Position numbers and translations under genes: made by a program. Shown here in pieces: positions 36,036-45,890 of a stretch of 64,000 bases of DNA. The notes under the pieces are model-generated. The model saw only the letters and a program-made list of their open reading frames with translations. It was not told the origin of the DNA and made no database searches. Numbering within the stretch: position 1 is the first letter of the stretch; each line of letters begins with the position of its first letter. This DNA comes from Candidatus Poseidoniales archaeon (lineage in GTDB: Archaea > Thermoplasmatota > Poseidoniia > Poseidoniales > Poseidoniaceae): positions 126,130 to 190,129 of the forward strand of contig JAYNJV010000001.1 in NCBI GenBank assembly GCA_038110525.1, read 5' to 3'.

Positions 36036-38933
36036 TCATCTGCGCACAGCAAAAAAGTTAGAAGAAATCAAAAATTTCCTAAATTCTTCAATGATGAGTA
36101 CGCTACTGGAAATGGCCATAATAACAATCCAGTCTGCTTGAGTGAGTTGAGTGGTTGAAAGCAAATCTCCAATTCCAATACCGATGAACGGTATTGTAGT
36201 TGATGCAAAATGGACGATGATGAACAACAATGATAGCGAAATGAGAAGAGCCAAATTGATTGAACGGTTTGAAAACAGACCCAATTTCATCACACTATCT
36301 TCACTCGATCTACAATTCATGACATTGAATAATTGGAACACCACAAAGACAGCAAAAGTCATCGTTTGTGCTTTTTCGAAATTCAAATCGGCATAAATTT
36401 GCCAATCATTGAGAGCTTGTTCATGATAAATATTTGTTGCATCTTTACAGGCTTCGACGTTAAACGAAGCAACCGTGTCGTAGGGTCGGAGTTCACACTG
36501 CTCTATCCCTCCTCCTGCAAGGTAAAAGACCATGAGGGAGCCTGCTACCATTACTAATCCCAAATACAACATGAGCAGTTTGTCCGATGCATTTGGTAGT
36601 TTTTCATCCACTGGGCGAGGAGGTTTATCCATAACTTTCCCATGTTTCGTTTCAACGCCTAAGGCGACCGCGGGTGGACCGTCCATGAGTATGTTGATGA
36701 CCAGAATTTGAGTTGCAGTAAGTGGTAAGTTCCATCCAAAGATGAATGTCGACACGACGATCAAAAGGACTGCCGCAACATTTGTTGAAACCTGATATCT
36801 CACAAAGTTACGAATATTTTGGTATATTTTTCTCCCTTCTTCGACGGCATGGACAATATTTGCAAAGTTATCATCTTGCAAAACCATGTCAGCCGCATCT
36901 TTTGCAACATCAGTTCCTTCGATACCCATGGCAATTCCAATATTTGCCCTTGAAAGGGCAGGTGCATCGTTCACACCATCGCCGGTCATAGCAACGACTT
37001 CTCCAGTGGATTGTAATGCTGTGACAATACGCATTTTGTCATCAGGAGTGACCCTGCTAAAAATTGAGGTTGATTGGGCGATTTTGACTAAATCTTCATC
37101 ACTGATTTGTGATAAGTCTCTTCCATTGATGCCCATGTAATCTTTCCTGCAAATGTTAAGTTCATGACCGATAGAAACAGCCGTTTTTTGTTGGTCTCCC
37201 GTAATCATTTTGACTCGAATTCCTGCTTTTTGACATGTAAGGATGGCATCGAAGACTTCTGGTCGTGGAGGGTCAATAATGCCTACACTCCCCAAATAAA
37301 CTAAGTCTTGTTCCAAAAGATCCCACTGATCCAAATTCTCTGTACCATGAACCTCTCTAGCTGCTAATGTAATGATTCGGCGTGCTTTTCCTGCAAGTTC
37401 ATCATGTTTCGACCGAATGACTTCAACATCTTCTGGGGTGAGTTCAATGAGTTCATCACCGTCATATTTGTATTTTAATCGGGATTCTAAAACGAAAAAT
37501 GCACCCTTTGTAAACAACCATCGCTCATTGTCTCTTGAATGAATGACTGACATTCTCTTTTTGTCACTATTGAACGTCATCTCTGCAAGCCTCGGATGGG
37601 CTTTTCTGAATTCTTTGAGAGCGCCATTCAATTTCCACCCCAATACTGCACAGGCTTGGTCAGTAGGGTCACCAGTAGCCGACCAATTGTTATCATCATC
37701 TTGGTTTATGCTTGAATTATGACACAAGGATAAACAATCTGCGAGAACTTTGTATTCGCGTGTTTTCATGAGTGAAGATAATTCCGAAGATTTGATTTGC
37801 TCGTCGTTGATAAATAAAGTTCCTACTGGTGCAATACCTTCTCCACTCACAGTATATGTTTGTTTCAAGGTAACTAAATCTTTCACAGTCATTTGATTTG
37901 TTGTGAGTGTACCCGTTTTGTCCGAGCAAATAACTGTCGTTGAACCTAATGTCTCAACTGCCTTCATACGGCGAATGATTGCTTTATGCCGAGCCATATT
38001 CCTCATTCCTAAGGACAAGGTAATCACGAGGATAATAGGCAGTCCTTCAGGAACGATTGCCACAAATATTGCGATTGCGATGATAAATTGATCAATAGCT
38101 ACCTCTGTGAGTACAGCATCTGGGTCGCCTAAGGCGAATATCATCTTTACAACAACAAGGATGACTGCTACGATTAACGCAATAAAACCCAAGAATCGAC
38201 CGAGTTGTTCAAGTTTTAATTCTAAGGGGGTTTTTGGAGTTTCAGCCTCAGCAATATCTGCTGCTATTTTTCCCAACTCAGTTTGCATTCCGGTGTGAAC
38301 GACCAAACCTTTAGCTCTCCCACTCGATACAGTTGTGCCCATATAAGCCATGTTTTTTCGATCAGCAAGAAGCGTGTCTTCTTGGATTGAGTTTATTGTT
38401 TTACGAACGACCATCGCTTCTCCTGTGAGGGCAGATTCGTCAATTTTACAGTCTAAACTTTCGAAAATGCGAACATCAGCAGGAACGTTGAGTCCGGGTA
38501 CGAGCCAAACGACATCACCTGGGACCAATTCTGTTGTTGGTATTTCACTTTCAAAATCGTTTCTTATGACGATACAATTCGATATTGATAATTTTTTGAG
38601 TGAATCCATGGCTTTGTCGGCCTGACCTTCTTGCCAAAATCCAAAATATGCGTTGGCAGTTAAGACAATAAAAATGAAAATTGCATCAGCAGGTTGGTCT
38701 GGATGAATGAGTAGAGCTACTAAAGCAGCACCCATTAATAGATAATTGAGAGGGTCATTGTATTGACTCAAAAATCGAATAAATGGATGTGTTGGCAGGG
38801 TTTCTTTTAATTTATTTAATCCATATTTTTGTTGAAATTTCAATACATCATTTTGATTAATTCCATTTTCTGAAGATTCCAATGTATGAAAACAATCGTC
38901 TATCTCCATAGAATGCCATGATTCAACGGGCAT
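36036..38933 (-). CDS. P-type cation-transporting ATPase, P2A (SPCA/PMR1-like Ca2+/Mn2+)
   Basis: ESALTGEA, VPEGLP, CSDKTGTLT, KGA, DPPRPE, MITGD, TGDGVNDAPAL, QILVINILMDGPPAVALG. Confidence 0.93.
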   Translation of the reverse strand: MPVESWHSMEIDDCFHTLESSENGINQNDVLKFQQKYGLNKLKETLPTHPFIRFLSQYNDPLNYLLMGAALVALLIHPDQPADAIFIFIVLTANAYFGFWQEGQADKAMDSLKKLSISNCIVIRNDFESEIPTTELVPGDVVWLVPGLNVPADVRIFESLDCKIDESALTGEAMVVRKTINSIQEDTLLADRKNMAYMGTTVSSGRAKGLVVHTGMQTELGKIAADIAEAETPKTPLELKLEQLGRFLGFIALIVAVILVVVKMIFALGDPDAVLTEVAIDQFIIAIAIFVAIVPEGLPIILVITLSLGMRNMARHKAIIRRMKAVETLGSTTVICSDKTGTLTTNQMTVKDLVTLKQTYTVSGEGIAPVGTLFINDEQIKSSELSSLMKTREYKVLADCLSLCHNSSINQDDDNNWSATGDPTDQACAVLGWKLNGALKEFRKAHPRLAEMTFNSDKKRMSVIHSRDNERWLFTKGAFFVLESRLKYKYDGDELIELTPEDVEVIRSKHDELAGKARRIITLAAREVHGTENLDQWDLLEQDLVYLGSVGIIDPPRPEVFDAILTCQKAGIRVKMITGDQQKTAVSIGHELNICRKDYMGINGRDLSQISDEDLVKIAQSTSIFSRVTPDDKMRIVTALQSTGEVVAMTGDGVNDAPALSRANIGIAMGIEGTDVAKDAADMVLQDDNFANIVHAVEEGRKIYQNIRNFVRYQVSTNVAAVLLIVVSTFIFGWNLPLTATQILVINILMDGPPAVALGVETKHGKVMDKPPRPVDEKLPNASDKLLMLYLGLVMVAGSLMVFYLAGGGIEQCELRPYDTVASFNVEACKDATNIYHEQALNDWQIYADLNFEKAQTMTFAVFVVFQLFNVMNCRSSEDSVMKLGLFSNRSINLALLISLSLLFIIVHFASTTIPFIGIGIGDLLSTTQLTQADWIVIMAISSSVLIIEEFRKFLISSNFFAVRR

Positions 38934-39081
38934 ATGATGACCTATCCTAATCGGTCTTGGATTATTTGTAACTTATTATTTTGGTGGTGGATTACCAATA
39001 TCGGTATTGTAAAGCAAAATATGTTGAGTATGAGATTCAACCTTTACGATGAATTGACTTAGTAGGAAGGGGTCGAGGATA

Positions 39082-41133
39082 ATGATGGGGGCAGAACAAC
39101 CTTACATTTCTGCGGACCTAGAGCCCAAGGAGTTTACCCTGCGTGTAGTGATTGTCGGCATAGTTCTCGGAGTCCTTATGACTGCTGCAAATGCCTATCT
39201 TGGGCTGTATGCTGGAATGACCGTTTCTGCAAGTATTCCAGCTGCGGTAATGTCGATGATTATTCTACGTTCAAAATTTTTCAAGGATGTTTCGATCTTA
39301 GAAAATAATTCTGTTCAAACCATGGCTTCTGCAGGTGAATCTCTCGCTGCTGGCGTCATTTTTACGGTACCTGCCCTCCTTGTGATGAACATTTGGACGA
39401 GCATTCAGTGGTTCGAAACCCTTGTTATAGCCTCCATAGGTGGTCTACTCGGCACCATGTTTACCATCGCACTTCGAAGACTGTTCATCGTGGAAGAGGC
39501 GTTACCTTACCCCGAGGGTGTTGCTTGCAGGGAAGTACTTGTTGCAGGCGAGGAGGGTGGAGATGGGGCATTAGCAATATTGTATGCACTAGGCATAGGA
39601 GGAATTTACGGATTTATGGTCAAAGGATTTGAAATCACGCATCATACTGTTGAAGGTGCAATCGATTTTGCTGCTACTCGTTTGTACGCTGGAATTGACT
39701 TGTCAATAGCATTACTCAGTGTCGGATTTATTGTCGGAATACGAATTGCATCCTTCATCTTCCTCGGTGGTGTTATCGGCTTTGGGCTACTTGTTCCAAT
39801 GTATGGCTTGATTTACGGATGGCCAAATTCACCTAATTTAGTCGATGGATTCTATCTATTGTGGTCTTCTCAAATTCGATACGTTGGTGTAGGGGCAATG
39901 GTCGTTGGGGGCGTATACACGCTATGGTCAATGCGAAAGACAATTATCACAGGCCTCAGTAAAGCATTTGTTCAGACTTCAGGTAATGAACAAGATATTC
40001 TAAGAACTGAACAAGACATACCACTCAAATACGTTGCAGTTGCCTGTGGAGTTCTCGTTGTACTCACGTTCTTATTTTACTGGTGGGGCACAGGGTCATC
40101 AATTCTTGCATTGGCAGGTGCATTGTTTCTTGCCTGTGTAGCATTCTTTTTCGCTGCAGTTGCTGGATATATTGCAGGGGTCGTAGGCTCATCAAATTCC
40201 CCAGTGTCTGGGATGACGATTGCAACATTGTTGTTCACGGTTGGGCTTGTTTGGATCGTAGGTGACCTTTTGCTGGACATGAAAACTGCAGATCTAATGT
40301 ACGCAACGCTCCTCATCGCCGCCATAGTAGCCTCATCCGCAGCTATTGCGGGTGATGTGATGCAAGACCTAAAGACTGGTCACATGTTGGGTGCTACACC
40401 AAAAAAGCAACAATATGCAGAAATTGTCGGAGTATTGACTGGTGCAGTTGTCATTGGGCCAGTGCTTTCCCTTTTGCACGATGCATTTCGCATTTCTCCC
40501 ACGGCGTGTATGGCAAATCCTCTTCCAAGCGACCCCACATGCTCAAAGGCCTTGTTCGCACCTCAGGCGGAACTCATTGGAGCAATTGTCCAAGGGGCAT
40601 TTGGCGGTGAGTTAAATCTTCAAATGGTTTTCTTGGGTGCAGCTCTAGCTGTCGCTCTCATCAGATTAAAAATGCCAGTAATGAGCGTAGCAATCGGAAT
40701 TTATCTTCCCCTCGGACTTTCTGTACCTATTATGCTCGGAGGCATTTTGTCATATTTTGCTTTGCGAAGTGCTCATCTACGTATTGATGGTCACTTATCT
40801 GATGAACCTTCACAAGCCGCACAAGCGGCAGCAAAAGAAGTGGAAAGTCGAGGCGTGCTGATAGGTGCAGGCTTCATTGCAGGAGAATCTATCATGGGCG
40901 TTGTCATTGCTATCTTCATAGTAGCCAAGATTAATTTGCACGAAATTTTTGGTATTGGAACATTGGGAAACACTCTTTCTCTTGCATTTTTTGCTTGGTT
41001 TGTCTTTGTTTTCATGTGGCTGGTTACAAGGACTCTGCCTCGTGGCGGTTCGTTCTTGAGTGATTGTGCGATGATTTTTGTTCATAGTATTGGCCGATTA
41101 ATACGTTCATTTTCAAAAATTGGCAAAGCCTGA
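39082..41133 (+). CDS. OPT-family oligopeptide transporter
   Basis: YLGLYAGMTVSASIPAAV, ENNSVQTMASAGES, PYPEG, SNSPVSGM, QDLKTG, APQA motifs; many TM helices. Confidence 0.95.
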   Translation: MMGAEQPYISADLEPKEFTLRVVIVGIVLGVLMTAANAYLGLYAGMTVSASIPAAVMSMIILRSKFFKDVSILENNSVQTMASAGESLAAGVIFTVPALLVMNIWTSIQWFETLVIASIGGLLGTMFTIALRRLFIVEEALPYPEGVACREVLVAGEEGGDGALAILYALGIGGIYGFMVKGFEITHHTVEGAIDFAATRLYAGIDLSIALLSVGFIVGIRIASFIFLGGVIGFGLLVPMYGLIYGWPNSPNLVDGFYLLWSSQIRYVGVGAMVVGGVYTLWSMRKTIITGLSKAFVQTSGNEQDILRTEQDIPLKYVAVACGVLVVLTFLFYWWGTGSSILALAGALFLACVAFFFAAVAGYIAGVVGSSNSPVSGMTIATLLFTVGLVWIVGDLLLDMKTADLMYATLLIAAIVASSAAIAGDVMQDLKTGHMLGATPKKQQYAEIVGVLTGAVVIGPVLSLLHDAFRISPTACMANPLPSDPTCSKALFAPQAELIGAIVQGAFGGELNLQMVFLGAALAVALIRLKMPVMSVAIGIYLPLGLSVPIMLGGILSYFALRSAHLRIDGHLSDEPSQAAQAAAKEVESRGVLIGAGFIAGESIMGVVIAIFIVAKINLHEIFGIGTLGNTLSLAFFAWFVFVFMWLVTRTLPRGGSFLSDCAMIFVHSIGRLIRSFSKIGKA

Positions 41134-41195
41134 TAGCAAATGTTTGAAACACAAGTATCAAAGGCTTACCGACTCTTCATGAAGTTTGGATTTCA

Positions 41196-42014
41196 ATGTC
41201 AAGCATTGCAGAATTAGAAGAGGTCGCAAGAAAATGCAGGGTCCGAATTGTCGATATGGTGTACAATGCTCAAGCAGGTCACCCTGGAGGGTCTCTGTCT
41301 GAAATCGACATTCTCGTGGCATTGTATGGTACCACACTCAGGGTTGACCCTAAAAATCCAAGTTGGGAAGATCGAGACCGATTTATATTGTCCAAAGGGC
41401 ACGCGTCCCCCGGTATGTATGCCATTCTTGCTGAGCATGGCTTCATACAAGAACACGATTTAGCCTCATATCGGGTTTTAGGAGGCATCTGCCAAGGTCA
41501 TGTCGATGCAAAATGGTGCCCAGGTGTAGATTTTTCAGCCGGATCGCTCGGCATGGGGCTCTCATTTGGCATGGGAACTGCTCTTGCTGCACGACTTGAT
41601 GGTAGCCAAAGGCAAGCATACGTGATGCTCGGGGACGGCGAGATCCAAGAAGGCAGTGTTTGGGAAGCTGCGATGGCAGCCGTTCACCATGAACTTGGAA
41701 ATCTCAATGTGATTCTAGATTGTAATGGTATTCAAAATGATGATTTTTGTGATGAACAAATGAGAATGTTTGACATCCCCAAAAAATGGGAGGCATTTGG
41801 CTGGAATGTGAAGATAATTGATGGTCACGATATGGGTGAAATTCTTGAGGGTTTGGAATTTCTGAAGAATTCAAACCAAAAGCCCAACATTTTAATCGCA
41901 AATACTGTCAAAGGAAAAGGGGTTTCGTTTATGGAAAACAATCCATCATTTCATGGAGCAGCACCAAACGACGAACAATATGCACTTGCAATGAAAGAAT
42001 TGGGGGTAGAATGA
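41196..42014 (+). CDS. Transketolase, N-terminal (TPP-binding) subunit
   Basis: GHPGGSLS, DRFILSKGHA, QGH, GSLGMG, GDGEIQEGSVWEA...N, TVKGKG, HG. Confidence 0.95.
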   Translation: MSSIAELEEVARKCRVRIVDMVYNAQAGHPGGSLSEIDILVALYGTTLRVDPKNPSWEDRDRFILSKGHASPGMYAILAEHGFIQEHDLASYRVLGGICQGHVDAKWCPGVDFSAGSLGMGLSFGMGTALAARLDGSQRQAYVMLGDGEIQEGSVWEAAMAAVHHELGNLNVILDCNGIQNDDFCDEQMRMFDIPKKWEAFGWNVKIIDGHDMGEILEGLEFLKNSNQKPNILIANTVKGKGVSFMENNPSFHGAAPNDEQYALAMKELGVE

Positions 42015-42946
42015 TGGTTCGAATGGCTGCAACTCGTGACGGATATGGGGATGCTTTACTTGAACTCGCAGGAAACGAAAGGGTCGTTGTCCTCGAAGCA
42101 GATTTGGGTAAATCAACCAAATCCCTTCATTTTAGAAAACAATTTCCTCAACGAACAATTTCTTGTGGGATTGGAGAACAAAACATGTTTCTTGTTGGTG
42201 CAGGATTAGCAGCATCTGGTTACATTCCTTTTGCGAGTACATTTGCAATCTTCACTGAACGTGGATTCGAGCAAATGAGAAACGGTATTGCAAGACCAAA
42301 TTTGGCTGTTCATGTTTGTGGCAGTCATGGTGGAACGCATACAGGAACCGACGGTTCATCAGCCCAATCCATTGAAGATCTTGCCATTTATAGAACACTA
42401 CCCAATGTGACAGTTTTGCACCCGTGCGATGATGTTTCTACAAAAATTCTCACCAAACAACTCGTTAATTCAAACTCACCTTCTTACACAAGAACGGCTC
42501 GAAATAAATCCCCAGTACTTTACGAAGGGAGGGAAGATGAAATTGAAATTGGTAAAGGCGTAATTCATCGAGATGGAAACGATGCAGCCATTATCGCATG
42601 TGGCATTCTTGTATCAGAAGCCTTGCAAGCGGCCGAAGAACTTTCATCCGAAGGAATTGAAGTAACAGTCATTGATATGCATACGATTAAACCACTTGAC
42701 GAAGCACTTGTCCTTGATATAGCAAAAAAATGTGGCAAAATCGTCACTGCAGAAGACCATAGCATTATCGGAGGACTTGGTGGTGCAGTTTCTGAATACC
42801 TAATCGAAAACTATCCGATTCCGATGAAAAGAATCGGCGTTGCAGATCGCTTTGGTGAATCTGGTGAATCCGATGAAATGCTCAATTTACTGGGGCTGTC
42901 AGCACCTTTCATTGCAGAAGCTGTACGAAAACTCATGAATTCGTGA
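42011..42946 (+). CDS. Transketolase, C-terminal subunit
   Basis: ADLGKST, GIGEQNM, DGSSAQSIED, DMHTIKPLD, EDHSIIGGLG, DRFGESG; overlaps the N-subunit stop. Confidence 0.95.
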   Translation: MMVRMAATRDGYGDALLELAGNERVVVLEADLGKSTKSLHFRKQFPQRTISCGIGEQNMFLVGAGLAASGYIPFASTFAIFTERGFEQMRNGIARPNLAVHVCGSHGGTHTGTDGSSAQSIEDLAIYRTLPNVTVLHPCDDVSTKILTKQLVNSNSPSYTRTARNKSPVLYEGREDEIEIGKGVIHRDGNDAAIIACGILVSEALQAAEELSSEGIEVTVIDMHTIKPLDEALVLDIAKKCGKIVTAEDHSIIGGLGGAVSEYLIENYPIPMKRIGVADRFGESGESDEMLNLLGLSAPFIAEAVRKLMNS

Positions 42947-42995
42947 CATATTCGTGAATGGAAGCATTGATAGAATTCTTTGATTTGCGAGATTC

Positions 42996-43655
42996 ATGGA
43001 ATTCTTTCTGGACACCGCTGATGTTGATGAAATTCGAGAAATAGCCGCATGGGGTATTCTCGATGGAGTCACAACAAATCCTTCGCTCATCAAAAAATCT
43101 GGTCGAGATTTTAAACAAGTTGTCCGCGAAATCGCTGAAATTTGTTCTGGCCCTATATCCGCCGAAGTTACAGCAATGGATACGGAAGGAATGGTCGAAC
43201 AAGGTGTGGCCTTGAAAAATGAATTACCTCCTAATGTCATCATCAAAGTGCCATGCACGCCAGAAGGCCTTGCTGCTACAAAAATTTTGACAGAAAAGGG
43301 TATAGACACAAATGTAACCCTGATTTTTTCAGCATCTCAAGCACTCATGGCCGCAAAAGCCGGTGCAACCTACGTTTCACCCTTCGTCGGCCGAATTGAT
43401 GATACCGGCCATGATGGGATGGAACTTATAGCACAAATCATGGCTGCATGGGATCATTATCAACCTTCAACCAAAGTATTAGCGGCATCTATTCGCCACC
43501 CTACTCATGTTCTACAATGCATGCAATTAGGGGCCCACACAGCAACAATGCCCGCCAAAATTTTTCGTCAATTGTTACAACATCCGCTAACAGACAAAGG
43601 AATTGATAGTTTCATGAAAGATTGGGCTGATGTAGAAGCTGCAGGAAATGCATGA
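42996..43655 (+). CDS. tal: Transaldolase (FSA/TalC family)
   Basis: [49 protein letters not shown]; follows transketolase. Confidence 0.92.
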   Translation: MEFFLDTADVDEIREIAAWGILDGVTTNPSLIKKSGRDFKQVVREIAEICSGPISAEVTAMDTEGMVEQGVALKNELPPNVIIKVPCTPEGLAATKILTEKGIDTNVTLIFSASQALMAAKAGATYVSPFVGRIDDTGHDGMELIAQIMAAWDHYQPSTKVLAASIRHPTHVLQCMQLGAHTATMPAKIFRQLLQHPLTDKGIDSFMKDWADVEAAGNA

Positions 43656-43720
43656 CTTCCGTAGCCAAAAGAAGCCTTCATCAAGGTGTTGGTCAAGGGC
43701 AAACCAACGGGGGAAGTCTG

Positions 43721-44284
43721 ATGGTAAGTACATACGAGAAATTGCAACAACTTCTCGATGGCGAACTTAATATGGATGAGTTGGAAAAAGACCCCGCTCT
43801 TGCAAGTCTTGCCAATCGTTTGTATGGGATTAAAATTGCAACCGTCACGCCACAAAAAACGAGGGATATTCCTCAAGAATCTGCATCCTTCCCACAACCA
43901 ACAGAACCTTCGGATTTGTACATTGAAACCATTGCTCCAGCTTTTCCGGCTGCACCAGCACCGCTCCCTATGAATGACCTACCGCCTCTTCCACAAACCT
44001 CAACCAAAAAAGGCAATCTTCTATCGAAGTTGTTTTTCTTGGGCTTCATCATTTCAGTATCGAATGTTCTTGGCCTCATTGGAATGCTGACCAACAGCCC
44101 CTGTAATCCTAACCATTATTGCCCAGTAGATGGTTACACTCGATTTAATTACCTCTATATTTTTGACATGAACGAAGGATATGCTTGGTCTCAACCAATA
44201 TTGGATGGGTCCTATGGAATTCCAGATCTTGTCGCAATTTTTTGTAGTTTGATTTTATACATGTGGTTTCGTGGGAAAAAATAG
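43721..44284 (+). CDS. Hypothetical membrane protein with Pro-rich linker and two TM helices
   Basis: ATG 43721 after GGGGAAG; TM segments flank a loop with CNPNHYC. Confidence 0.7.
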   Translation: MVSTYEKLQQLLDGELNMDELEKDPALASLANRLYGIKIATVTPQKTRDIPQESASFPQPTEPSDLYIETIAPAFPAAPAPLPMNDLPPLPQTSTKKGNLLSKLFFLGFIISVSNVLGLIGMLTNSPCNPNHYCPVDGYTRFNYLYIFDMNEGYAWSQPILDGSYGIPDLVAIFCSLILYMWFRGKK

Positions 44285-44310
44285 GTATACTCATCGAGGC
44301 GGAGGTGTGA

Positions 44311-45837
44311 TTGGTGTCCCATGATAAAGCGAAACGAGGGATACCTTCCAAACATGACCAGTTTAATGAATGGTATCCATTCATTGTAGAAGCTGCAGAT
44401 TTGGTTGACAAACGGTATCCAATAAAAGGTATGGACGTTTGGAGACCTTATGGCTGGAAAGCCATGAAACTTATCGATGCATTAACCCATATTGAAATGG
44501 AAAATACAGGCCATGAGGAAGTGAATTTTCCACTTCTGATCCCTGAGAATCTATTGGAAAAAGAGAATGCACTTGTGGCGAGGCTAAAGAGAGCTCGAGA
44601 AGAAGATGTCGACCCTGACTCACTTCGAATGGAGGAGGAAGAAGCCGGTTTCAAAAAAGAGGTGTATTGGGTAAAGCATGCAGGTGAAAATGAGTTGGAC
44701 ATCCCAATGTTTTTACGTCCTACGAGTGAAACAGCAATGTACACAATGTTTCCTTTGTGGATTCGTTCTCACAAAGATTTACCATTAAAAATTTATCAGA
44801 TGGTAAACACATTTCGATATGAAACGAAACAAACAAGGTCGTTTATTCGCGTTCGAGAAATCCATTTCTTTGAAGCACATACGGCTCATGTCGATGAAGA
44901 TGATGCAACACAACAGATCAAAGAAGACCTTGAAATCGTCGATCGGCTTATGCATGAATTATGTTTGCCAGTCATTAAAGCAAAACGACCTGTATGGGAC
45001 ACATTCCCTGGAGCATGGTACACCATAGGTATCGATGCGATAATGCCCAATGGTAGAACACTACAAGTAGCATCATGTCACCATTACAGGGACCAATGGG
45101 CAAAAGCATTTGACATCTCATACGAAAATATTGACGCAGAGCAATCCTATGTTCATCAAACAACATACGGAATGTCCGAACGCTTACTCGGAGCCATCGT
45201 TGGTATGCATGGAGATGATAGTGGGCTCATCATGCCTCCCTCAATTGCTCCAATTCAAGTTGTCCTTTGCCCAATGATTCGAAAGAACGCAACAGTCGAT
45301 ACGATATCAGTTGCAAATGAAATCGCTTCAACACTTCGCAATTCTGGATTAAGAGTCAAGGTGGATGATAGAGATTTACATCCCGGTCAGAAATACTATG
45401 ACTGGGAAATTAAAGGAGTTCCATTACGATTGGATATTGGTCCAAGGGATATCGAACAAGGAACTGCTTTTGCTGCAAAAAGAACTGGTGGGAAAGAACC
45501 CATCCTCATTTCGAACATAGCTAATGAATGTTTGCGGCTCCTTCAACAAGTATCCGAAGAATTGAGAGAGAGGGCCCATCTACACATGGAGCATGTTATC
45601 CAACCTCTTCCTCCAATCTCAAAAGTTGAAGATGATTGGGCCTTTGAGGGTGAAATTTTAGACGGTCACATTTACGAGTTGGCATTTGATGGTAGCGACG
45701 CCCATGCTGAAATTATTGAACGATTGGGAGGCTTGTCCTTTTTGGGAGACGCTACTGAACCGTATGAAAATTCAAGACCTTGCCATATGACTGGAAACCC
45801 AACAACTCGTAGAGTCTTGTTGTCAAAGAGTTACTGA
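44311..45837 (+). CDS. proS: Prolyl-tRNA synthetase, archaeal/eukaryotic type
   Basis: FNEWY, YPIKG, LRPTSET, FRYETK...FIRVREIHFFEAHT, QTTYGMSER, WEIKGVPLRLDIGPRD; GGAGGTG RBS. Confidence 0.97.
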   Translation: MVSHDKAKRGIPSKHDQFNEWYPFIVEAADLVDKRYPIKGMDVWRPYGWKAMKLIDALTHIEMENTGHEEVNFPLLIPENLLEKENALVARLKRAREEDVDPDSLRMEEEEAGFKKEVYWVKHAGENELDIPMFLRPTSETAMYTMFPLWIRSHKDLPLKIYQMVNTFRYETKQTRSFIRVREIHFFEAHTAHVDEDDATQQIKEDLEIVDRLMHELCLPVIKAKRPVWDTFPGAWYTIGIDAIMPNGRTLQVASCHHYRDQWAKAFDISYENIDAEQSYVHQTTYGMSERLLGAIVGMHGDDSGLIMPPSIAPIQVVLCPMIRKNATVDTISVANEIASTLRNSGLRVKVDDRDLHPGQKYYDWEIKGVPLRLDIGPRDIEQGTAFAAKRTGGKEPILISNIANECLRLLQQVSEELRERAHLHMEHVIQPLPPISKVEDDWAFEGEILDGHIYELAFDGSDAHAEIIERLGGLSFLGDATEPYENSRPCHMTGNPTTRRVLLSKSY

Positions 45838-45890
45838 ACCACGAACTTGAATGTTCATTCATCTATTGAATGAGGTTTTGCTGAAGAAAA

